Assembly (NCBI GenBank): GCA_965235115.1
Contig: OZ249445.1
Location: forward strand, 25,296,001-25,360,000
DNA length: 64,000 nt
Reading direction: 5' to 3'
Source of the DNA: Laetmonice hystrix
Lineage: Eukaryota
Below, piece after piece: positions 24,253 to 36,200 of this stretch. Below the pieces are notes generated by a model, which saw only the letters and a program-made list of their open reading frames with translations, ran no database searches and had not been told where the DNA came from. Numbering within the stretch: the first letter of the stretch is position 1; each line of letters starts with the position of its first letter. The position numbers and the translations under genes are program-made.

Positions 24253-27200
24253 CTGTAATCAGTCAGAAAACAAAAAAAATCAGTCAGAACAAAATATTAT
24301 CAGGAAAATTCTATTCATGCATGCTTCTCTGTTGACTCAAGAAAACTAGATTCGCAAAATTTTCCTTTAGTTCAGAAAATATCCAAATCTTTCTTTCCTT
24401 TCACTCTCAACTTTGGTCACACTGAACATTTCGTCCGGGGTTTCCCGGCATAAAAATAGTGCAGCCCTCTCCTTACAAATTAAAACTGTATTTTTTGTAT
24501 TTTTGTATTTTTTTTTTATTTTTATTTTTGAATATATTTTTGGATATAATTTCCATTTCTTTTCCCCCCTTTTTTTCCCCTTGATATCCTTGACCATGAA
24601 AATGAAATGATTTGTTTACGACCACCAGTAACAACCCTCCACTCGTTGCATGGGGTGACACGTACCTTCAGCAAGTCGGTGTGTTTCTGCTACAGGTGTG
24701 GGCGATGTGAGGTGCGACTGATGAAAGCCCGGTGGTGGATGCTGAGTCTGAGGTGCCCAGGTCGGCCCTGAAGTAATAATCAGGTCAAAGGTCATACCCT
24801 GGCTACATTAAGTGGGTCAGACGACACATTACAATAAGTGGCTTATAGAATCTGTTTATTAAAATACATACAAAATAAAAATACAGTTCAGGAATATTTT
24901 ACAAATAGGAATACAACAATTCCTTGAAATTATAATCTGTGATCATAGATAGCTTTCAAACTACTTTAACTTTGATGTGCCAACTTTAACTCCTCCTCCA
25001 ATAACACATCTCGACTGTTTGATTTTTTTTTTACTCGGGTGATGAGAAGAATGTGAATTGACAATGTTTAAATGAAATCTGACCTCTGAAAGGGAACTGG
25101 TGAACGAAGGGTAACCTATGGTTAGTGGTGTCTTCTGTCAAGTGGTGCAGGGAAGCCATCCAGTGGGGGGGATCCTCTGAAAGACTGGAGCCTGAAACAT
25201 ATCCAAACACGTACCCCCGGTCAGATCTCGCATCATGGCCGCTCGCTTCACAACATTCATTGTTCACGTGGACAAGTCGACAGAAAGATACACCTTTCAC
25301 CGTCTCGAAGACGTCGCATACAGGGTTAACCCGTAAACATTCGCTGGGGCTCAACCTTACAAATAGGCAGAGCCCTTGCGACACAATACTGGTCAAGCTA
25401 ATTCTACATCCGTGCCCCTTTCTCAGCCCCTCTAACCTTTCAATAATAATTTAAAATTTCTTAACGACCTATTTTTATCATAACACTCCAGAGGGATAGC
25501 CAGCATTGAGTGTAGAGAAGAACATCTATTTGTCGTTGCCGGTCAGACTTACTATCCGAGCGGGACAAGCCAGAGCCATTTACTGACCTAACAATCAAAG
25601 ACTGGATGGTTCACGTAGTATATCCTATCTGCCATCAATCTGGCAACACCAATAGTTTTAATACAAACAGAACACAACATCATAAAATGTAGCTGTTTGA
25701 AGTGTTATCGTCTGAGCGTGCCGTGGCTGTCTACCAGCGGTCAATCAACCTCTGACTACCTTATTCCCTACTCCTTAACTCTAGTAAAACACACATCACA
25801 CATTCTCTCAGCATACATCCACATCATTAGTCCAAGAGAAGTTCCACCGAGGCCATTCAACAGGTCATCAGAAGTCAGAGGAAGAAGAAAAGAGCATCCA
25901 GATAAAAGAATACTAGTTCTTGTTTCAATCTACCCCCTGCCCCCACCAACCCAACCGAGATGTCAAACCATGAGTTAGTTGGTCATTAATTCGGTTATAG
26001 AATCTGTCGCTGCGGGACCTGTCGCCGGTCGAGGTAAGTGCTAGTACTTAAATGTCTAGGGCGGGCCTTGCAGCCCTGGCCAGCAGCAACAGCAGCTGCA
26101 CTTACTGTCTGTAATATTTCCTGAGATGACGATGGCCGGGTCGTGGGCAAGTGCTGCTGCAGATTGCAAGTGGGGAGGCCAGTCTGAAAAAACGTATAAC
26201 CACCGGTTTTAAAGCTCCTCCTCACCGCTAGAGGGCGCCTTGTTTCTCATTTTTCGGGGCGCGGGCCATGGGTCTCCCCTCCCCCTTCTCGACTCTACTA
26301 CAGCTATCCTTGCCTAAACCTGTCTTCAGAGATTTTCTCATGATTCCATTCCGGCAGAACCATCTTGACCTGATTTCAATCTGTTCGTGACCTACTTCTG
26401 ATGCTGACCTCACAAACCTGCGACATCTCGCGTGTGACATCGCCTCCAAGGATACACTTCATACAGAGGACTATGCTGATCCTTGACAAAGACTGAAAGA
26501 GTCTCTTCCCTAATACCTGAGAAGTTTTTATGCATCCCATCCCTTCCCCATGTCGTTCTGTTCTGTTTACGAAAACACACACAATCAGTGACATGGAAAA
26601 CACAACTAGACAGAACAACTTCACTCAGACAAAGGCCATACACACAACAGGAGAAACATTGAGACTATTCCTTCAGTCAGTGGAAGGGCCAGGGGCCCGT
26701 TTCACTAATCTCTTGTATTTTATGAACTCGTATTTTCTATAGATTATAATGTACGAGTTTTTTCTTGTTTACGACCTATAAGGCCATATACGAGCTCGTA
26801 CATTCTTAGTGAAACGACCCCCTGGTCACCGAGTATGAACACAACCAAGTACGTGTTCAAATCTTTTTATTTTATTATGATTTTTTGTGTGTGCCTGCTT
26901 ACTTTAATTTATCAGACCTGGCCATCACCTGTTGAAAGGACTGATTCTCCGGAAGTGTAGCTGTCATCTTTGTATTTTCTAAGTACCGGTATCTCAATAT
27001 TGAAGTAATGATGGTATCTGTACTAAGTCGTACTCCGTACGTCTCTACACGGGTGTGCGAGGCGATGTCGAGGATTATTTATACCTGTTTCCAGTGAAGT
27101 GATATTTCAAAAATGATTAACAATTGCATCATGACTTCCTTTTTTTGTTTGGAGCACTTTGGAAGGGTCTTAACCCCTTTCCCTTTGATGCGCAAAATTC

Positions 27201-30200
27201 ACAAAATGACCTGCCCTATAGGGTATGCCAGCGAACCCCTGGGTTCTGGGCGACCAACCTACCTTTGTGTGTGTGGTGCCGTGGGTGTTGGGGATGCTGC
27301 GGGTGTACCTGCTGTGGTCCGTGGGGTGGGTTGGGGGTCGGGGGCAGTGGGTGCCCTGTGGGGTTGCTGAAGCTGATGTTGATGTTTGGAAGCAGTGCTC
27401 GCAGGCCGTCCTGCCAATCTTTCATGTTGAAAGCATCGTTCTGAATCAAAAAGGCACTCATTGACTCCCCCCATTCAGCTTCAAAGAAATATAATTACCC
27501 TTTACATGACTGACTTACATCACCTTTTTTTATCAAAATATTCCGTAAGACTTCTTGATCTTTATGTCTTTATGTTTCAAGACTTTTAAAATGTAAAACT
27601 GACAGGGAGCACCTCTTATGTCCGTCACTCTTCTGTATTTCTTTAAATAATCTTTCCATTTGCCAATTTCCGACGCACACAAACATTGATGCCTTTACCT
27701 TTGCTTGATGAATCAAAAATATGTATACCCTGAACACTAAGTAAGAAGACTAGCTTTAAAACTCCTTTTCTTGACCCTGAAGTCTCCTTTGCTTACAAAA
27801 CAAAAAAAAAACTCCCAACATTTTTTTCTACCACACAAAGTGCCCCGTACACACACCTGTGTGTGGTGTGTGTGGTTGTCTGAGCCCATAGGAGGGAGCG
27901 AGATGTCGGAGAGCATGTCATGGTATGTGTTGTGGGAGTTGAGGCTAGCCACCGGCTGGAAGTGTACTCCCATCATCTTGCTGGTACCTGAAACCATGCC
28001 AGATATTTCGATGTTGTCAACATGAAATCTGAAAGCTTTCTGGAATTTCTAGAATTTCCGTGGGCCATACAAAATGGTTCTTCGAGAACCATTAAAACTA
28101 TGAAATTATTCTCATGTTGCCCCAACCAGCTGTAATAATTACCATGCCAAGCAGAAACAGTGACTTTCAGATATATTACAAAGAATCATTCCTTGTTTCC
28201 CCCCCCTTTAATTTTCAATCTTTATTGACTAGTTCGTACCTGGCCGGGGAACCTGATTGTAAGCACCTATGTGATTTGGGGCGAATCCCGGGGGTAGGGT
28301 TTTAACCCGTTGATCGTGTAGATGTTGGCTTGCAGTAGAGTAGTTTTCTTTTTCTATAAGATCTGCCAGAGCTTTTGTGGATTCATCCCAGGGATCGAAG
28401 CCGAGGTCGTCATCGTGGGGCTCGGCGCTGTTGGAGGAGGAGAAACCGAAGGCGGCCTGCCAGTCTGTGGTGCTCGACACGGGGATTGTGTCCGGGATCT
28501 CTGTGGTGGAAATGCCTTCTGTAAATAAACAAAACAAATCAATGTCCAAAACATGAGCTCAAACATAGCGAAAGGAACATTGCAATGGGACAGAAGGGCC
28601 TAAGGATATGGTGGAGGAAAAAATTCTTTTCTAAATTTTCATTTCATTCTTCCTAGACTATCAAGCCAGTATACACTGAGATCTTGGTATTTTTCATATC
28701 TCCACATGTAGAGTTCTAAGTTAACAAGCCATGGTTAAATTTATTAAAAACTACGGACTTAGCTAGTGCTTTCTTTCAGATTGGAAAATTTCATAATTCA
28801 AATTTCCATATTTCATGGTACTCTCATCATGAAAAACTCTTGATGTTTTAAACTGGGGGCGGTTTTACTAAAGGTCGATAATTTATTTAAAATAGAAGTG
28901 AATGGTTGCTAGGTCGTTATTTTCGACCTAGCAACCCGTTCACTTCTATGTTAAATTTCTGACGTCGTTATTTCGACTCTTTAGTAAAATGGGCCCCTGT
29001 ACTAAAAGAAAACTGTTGAGTCTGTTTAAATGAATTTTGAAATCCACCAGTTACTCAATACTTGGGATTGCCATACAAGTTTACAAGATGAAGTCTCACC
29101 TGGGGTTGGATTGACTGCAGGTTTGGGTGTTCTATTAGAAGGAAACCCACTATTGCTAAATAGGGACATTGAATCTGCCGCGGTGTCAAAGGGCGACTTG
29201 CGACTTGTGCCGATGGGGCTCTGTGTCGGAGGCGGCACGCTCGGCGGCTGAGACTGTGGCGCCATTTGTGTGGTGTTGGCTGCAGGTTGTACTGACGAGA
29301 CTTGGTGTAATGGTGGCGACGGCTGGCATGGTACCGCCCCCTGTGTGCAAGGCCCGGACTGTGTGCCGTTGAGGCGTAACCCACCTTGTGACCCTTTAGA
29401 TTTACTGCAAAATACAAGAAAACATCAATTTATCCTCTACATCATCAATACCAGTATAATATTACCTCCATCATTTTCTAACCAACAAAAGTTACATTAG
29501 GGTTACAAAATTCCCTTCTTCCAGATTTCTTCTATTATAAAGGTTACTTTCCAGTCATAAAATCTTCAATGTTTTCCAACGAAGTACCATAATGATTTTA
29601 GACAATCTCTTACTAGAGTCTTAGTAATATAAAATAGCTTTTCAGTAAATTTTGCCCTTTTTTAGTTTTTTTCCAGAGCATGACAAGGACTTCCTCAAAT
29701 CTTGCCTTCCCATGCCTTTTTCAAGTCAAATCTTTTTATTTGCCAATTTCTGAAACTAAAACTCCTTTTCTTGACCCAGGGAACGTTGCCTCACCTGTTG
29801 TGAGTGTGTTCTTGTTCCGTGTTAGCGAGGTGGTTCCGGTGGTGGCCCGGTGCTCTGTTCTGTGAATTCTGTGTGTCTTGCTTGTGTGCTGAAGGTGAAG
29901 AAGAGGAGGAGGAGGAGGAAGAGGAAGAGGAGGAGGAGGAAGAAGAAGAAGAGGAAGGGGCAGGCTGTGCGGGTTGCTGGCCGGGGCTGTGGCCCGCCTT
30001 GTTGCCGTTAGTTAGCCTCTCCGGCCTCCCGCCGTTCCCGCTGCTGCTTAACGATGGCCATGCCTCTTTATTAGTGATGGGTGGGGTGTGCCCCGTGCCT
30101 AGACCACTAGACTGTATCGTTGGTGGACTAGAAGCCTTTTTTCTGGGGAACAAAATGAGAGAAATTTACGTAAAAGACAGATCATTTTCCCATCTCAAAA

Positions 30201-33200
30201 CGGTGTTAGAAACAGACTAATGTACACATTTTGATTCCTTTGGCCGATATGTGTTAAATAACGAACCTAGTATATTATTATTTCCAGTTTTACTGTCATC
30301 AGGCCCTGCTGAATTTGAACTAATCTTTTAAAATACATGTACTGACATCTTCACTTTTCCTTCCCATTTTTTTCATATTCAGTCTTGCTTAAGTCCAACG
30401 TACTGCTAGATGGATCATTGGGTGCTTTAAGCTAAGAGAAGACTGACCGCCCGAATCTATTCCGATCTTCTGAGTTGTGACTGACCTTTGAGCTTTTGTA
30501 GACATTGAACTAGTTGTATTGGCGGTTGGCGAGGAGGACTGCGAGCTCGTGGCAGGACTGCCCGAGCTCAGCACTGGAGGAGTTGGTTGATTCGATAAGT
30601 TCTGACTGTTCATAAACGATTCATATAACTTTTGCTCATATTCTTGATGTTTTCTGGAAAATAAAAAGTCAGAAATATTTACATACATTACTTTGATCTA
30701 CATTACTTTATAAATGAGCTGGCAAACCTTTTGAAAATCAACATTTTTTAACACTTTTTACCCGACATGACATTGCCAATCGGTCTTACCCTTGTTGCAT
30801 TTCTTCCTTTGTGAAGCTAGCCGCTTCCTCCCCTAGTTCATGTAAGTACATACAGTCCTGCAAACACAAAATTAAACGGGATCAGTGGCTGCAGCGGGTG
30901 CTTTAAAACACGTAACAGAGTTCAGAGAGTTCTAAATCTCCAATTTTAGAACTGACATATAAAACAAACACATGTAGTCTGTGAGCCATAACTAAATACT
31001 TTCCCGATTTAACCTAGCAGATTGTTTAGAAATTTTGGATAAAATTCAGACTGAATCCTTCCCCCCCCCCCCCCCCATTTAAAAAAAAAAAAAGATTAAC
31101 ATCATAGCGATACAGGAGTGGATACCCTGACCATTTACAGAATACGTTGTGACTGTTTAGAAACCCAAGAAATTTTGGATAAAATTCAGACTGAATCCTT
31201 TTTTTCCCTTTTTCTTTTTTTTGAAAAAGTAACATCACAGCGATACAGGAGTGGACACCCTGGCCATTTACAGAATACTCTTAAACGTTGTAACACTGAC
31301 CCCGACATGGTGAGAACTTACAGGTTTTGGACACTGTGCACCCCTGAGAAAGTGACTGCAGTACTTGGTAGTACCCAGCGATGCCTTCAGCGTCCGCCCG
31401 TCCACATAAATATTATTGACGGCCTGTATGGCCCGTAGTGCGTCCTCCGGTTTGTGGTAAGTCACATATGCACTCGCACTGGGACCCTGCCGAGAAAATA
31501 ATGTCACACATGAAAAGGACGCATATCTAAGGCTGTAGATGAGACTTGGAGATTTGAATTGGTGGATTATCCCCTCGGTGAAGGATTTGGCCATTGCTGG
31601 TTCTGCAAGAAATGTGTCAATATCCTTAGAATAATCCTTAAGGAGACAATCTGGGTGAATTCGTCCAAATTCATTATTTTACTGCTTTCGGGCTAAGAAG
31701 CAAAAAGCAGGACAGTATGGTCTTTTAATGTGAGGAATCAGGTTTGTTTTTTTTAAAGTAGCTTGAGTTGTCATAAATAAACAGACATAGTGATGCAAAG
31801 GCAGAACACTCTTGCGGAAAATGATATTTTGCTGGATCTCAAACACAGCAAGATTACATCAATAGGCCTGTAAACACGGATTGCGAATTTTCAGGTACAA
31901 GTCCTTCTTGATACCACCAGGAAGAAAGGTAAATTTTTTAATTTTGTACCAGTCACCAATTGAACCTTTCAGCATTTTACAAAATCTCATAAGTTATTTT
32001 CATCATGTTGCCATGGTTTTGATTTCTCGAACACTGTTTCTGGCAAAAGACCTTTCGGGGCCACTCGCTCAGTTATGACACCTTTACAGTAACTAAAATT
32101 TACATTATATAACACTGAAAATAATATAGCGACAGTAAAACATACCAACACTGCATCCCAATTCTGCATCCACGTTTAACAAAATATCGACGGCTTACAC
32201 TAAACGGGAATCAATATCGCCATTAGTGAACATAACTCCAAAACCCCTCGGCACAACCTCGCCTCCCCATTCAATACTGTGGTGAGATATGTTTTTGGGG
32301 ATATGTGTATTGCTAATCAATGACCTTGGCATGTGGCTGGTAAAACCATTACTGGTACACGGCCCAGTGTTTCAGAACCTGCCCATACAAAACGAGACCA
32401 GGCATCACTCACCAACCTAATGGAGCATCCCTGACTGTTGGTACATTCCCCATGGTTAGAAAAACATGAAATTACCACCGATAAAATGAGAAACAATTAT
32501 CGTACCGCTATTCCTGGCCTACAATCGTAACCTGGGTCCCGAAGGCTCCCCTAAAAACTGTTCCTGTCCCTTACTCTAAATCTGGCTGCAGATTTCAAGG
32601 GAATTTTACCATTGGGGGGGGGGAATAACCTAGCTGTCCGGGTCTGTGGGAGACTCGCACTCAGCCAACGTCAAGTCACAACAACCTGTACTGTTCATCA
32701 CCCAGCAGGGAGAACTTATTGAGACATCCTAACAGCCACATGTTTCTTATAAAAATGTTGTCAAGGATTGGTGACGAGACATGCTTCGTACGATCACATT
32801 TAGATTAGATTTCCCGGAGTTTTAGCAGTAAGAGTACAAATCTCGTTTCTGCAGCAAACACGCAATGGGTTTGGATATTGAATCAGGGGTGTATAAATGG
32901 GGTGGGGTAGGGGGGGTGTAATAAGTGGGTACACTTGTCATACTGACATACGTAGGCACCCGCACTCAACAGTCTCTGGGTCAGTGGCCAATACTAACAT
33001 GTGGCACCAACATCTGCACTTAGCATGTCAATACCATTAACAAAACAATCCCCCACCCTCCCACCCCATGGCCATCTTAGCATGTCAATACCATTAACAA
33101 AACCCTCCCTCACCCTCCCACCCATGGCCATCTTAGCATGTCAATACCATTAACAAAACAATCCCCCACCCTCCCACCCCATGGCAATCTTAGCATGTCA

Positions 33201-36200
33201 ATACCATTACCAAAACAACCCCCCCACCCTCCCACCCCATGGCCATCTTAGCATGTCAATACCATTAACAAAACAACCCCCCACCCTCCCACCCCATGGC
33301 CATCTTAGCATGTCAATACCATTAACAAAACAACCCCTCACCCTCCCACCCCATGGCCATCTTAGCATGTCAATACCATTAACAAAACAACCCCTCACCC
33401 TCCCACCCATGGCCATCTTAGCATGTCAATACCATTAACAAAACAACCCCCCACCCTCCCACCCCATGGCAATCTTAGCATGTCAATACCATTAACAAAA
33501 CAATCCCCCACCCTCCCACCCCATGGCAATCTTAGCATGTCAATACCATTAACAAAACAATCCCCCACCCTCCCACCCCATGGCCATCTTAGCATGTCAA
33601 TACCATTAACAAAACCCTCCCTCACCCTCCCACCCCATGGCCATCTTAGCATGTCAATACCATTAACAAAACAATCCCCCACCCTCCCACCCCATGGCCA
33701 TCTTAGCATGTCAATACCATTAACAAAACCCTCCCTCACCCTCCCACCCCATGGCAATCTTAGCATGTCAATACCATTAACAAAACCCTCCCTCACCCTC
33801 CCACCCCATGGCAATCTTAGCATGTCAATACCATTAACAAACCCTCCCTCACCCTCCCACCCCATGGCAATCTTACAGGTCCAATGTGCAAACAGAAGTG
33901 AAACTGACACCTATTATTTTAGATGCGGTTCGAAGTCGGACACTGAGATTTATATCTTAATTTGGTGCGTTTTACACTGATATTTTCATTCTCAATACCT
34001 GATCTATTTGTGTCCCTTGACGCCATCAGGTGGCGCTCGTGCATATTCCCAAGACAAGAGCACGGCAACCCTGCCTTAACATGGCAAGACGCGCCCCCCC
34101 CCCCCCCAAAAAAAAAAAAAGGAAACCACCCATCAACCGTTTTCTACTTCCCCTTCCTTGCCTTTTCCCTTTTTTACATTTCTGCAATCAGAAAACCTGG
34201 TGGGACTTCCCTAAGGCAGCCTGGCTAATAAGTCGGTACAAGTGCTATCCATGTCAGTGTTCGATGGAGGGAGAACTTGTCCCAATTACGACCTCCGGGG
34301 GCGGGCACACCATGAGGCCTTCCTCTCAGTTACCTTCGGCCCTGGCCGCTCCCGCCTTACAAACTAAAAAAATATATCAAATGACTAAATGACATTTCCA
34401 GAACCCTTGTGACTCCCCCCCCCCCCCCCCCAATATTTCAAGATTTCCAGGGTTACCCTGCCAAATGCATCCCTACTCACCCCTTATTTTTCTAGTCTTT
34501 CTTTGGGTTCACGACAAGGAATATCGGTAGGCCCTACAGTTTTATATCTTCCTACCCAAATATAGTTGGACCTAAATGCCCCTCATTATTTCCCCAACCC
34601 GGCCTCATTTCAGGCGCCACAGGTCTGCATCCCCCCCCCCCCCACACACCCTCCTTCAGTTTTTCCCCTAAGTTCACACCCTACCCCGTACCCGCCGGGG
34701 TATGTATATTTGCGGCCTGCCGGTCACCCTCCACCGTACGACGCCCAGTAGGCCTCGGTGTACAGTCAATACGTCCCTATATATTGCCTCATTTGTTATG
34801 GAGTCCATATCCGACATAACGGGACGGGGAGGAGGGTACTAATGATTGGCTGGGACCGGTTCCATTTTCATAATTGACCTCCATCTCCCCAACATTAGGA
34901 CCCGGCCGACGGCTGCACCGCCCTCACATCCCACTCCAGTGGCTGGAAATGACGGTATACAATAACAGACGTCTTTCCAGCCCCCCTGTCCTCAGCCACT
35001 GCGGCCAGGGTTCATTGCTATCAGGGGGGACGTTGGGCCGACGCTGTGTGGACCATCACTGGGCCATGCTGCCTGGGCCACTTTGTCACCTGGAATCAAT
35101 ACTCTCTCCGCTCTCCACAGACTGGGAGTTTGAAACACTGACTGGCCGGACGGTCATGACTGCCCCCCATCCCAACCCTCCACCCCTACCCCTACCCCCA
35201 CCCCCAGGGAGATTTACAGCCAAGGTCCGGGTCTCTGTAAGCCGAGATTATCTTTATATCCCATCGCATCTCTTCACTTCATCCACTGATGATGATGAGC
35301 CGACTTTCCAGAGTGACCCCGAATTCTAACCAGCAACATTTGGTGGGGTGCGGGTGGGGGGGAATGTCACTTTTCAAGGCAAGGCTGCTCCCCACCCCCA
35401 CAGACACTTTTTCTAACGTGGTATCCCCAACCTGATTCTGTGAGACGCCCCCCTCCCCCTCCTGACAAATGCCTACGCCATGAACAGACAGCGCGACCCT
35501 GACACCATTTGTTACTCCAATGTCTTCTCAATTTCCGACTCTGGCCGCCATCTGTGAACAACTAACAGACCCATGTACATTGACAACGGCAGAAAAAGAT
35601 AACTGCTCCTCTCCTCCTCTTCATATCTCCAATCACAAACCCCAACAATAAAATAAAAATAAACTCTGTACTGTACCTGTTCAATTCCAACTGCCAATTC
35701 AAGCTATTTTAGAGGGAGCTAAAATTTGTATTTTCAAATGCCCAATTTTAACAGCACATATATTTGAGATAGACTTATTAATATACCCATGTTCTCGCTA
35801 ATTTCGGTACAAGGTTCTGATAGAACTGGCAGCATGTCCGGATTTTTTTACCCCCCCCCCCCCCCCCCCCCCCCGCCGGCCAAAAAAAGCGAGAAATCCC
35901 TGGATAAGTTGTCGAAACGATGTGCCCAACAATGGAAACCCACTGATCTTGCAGCAAGTTACGAACAACCCTTTCTCACAAAAATAACAAAACCTCCCCA
36001 ACACTGTAATTTTTACTTTCTCTTACGCGATCCTGCAAATGTTATCATAGAACAGGACACAGTGGTGGATGGGAGCAATGTCGCCAGAACGAGGCTGGTG
36101 TTGGATGGCGCACGTTCGTCATGTCGTCATGCAGCCAGCCACCGCCAGAGGGCTCTGTCAGCTACAGCAAGCCTGCACGCAGATTGTTGGCTAGTTGGAC

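Noticed and set aside
29804-30220. Poly-Glu ORF on the + strand
   Set aside because: Antisense shadow of the CNOT4 poly-Ser exon.
30281-30302. Hammerhead-like core on the minus strand (CTGATGA-CAGT-AAA-ACTG-GAAA)
   Set aside because: Stem II forms, but I found no stem I pairing next to a cleavage triplet in type I or type III topology. An Infernal search would settle it.
33181-33980. 19-aa repeat ORFs on both strands
   Set aside because: Artefact of a 57-bp unit length; 1-bp indels break the frames.
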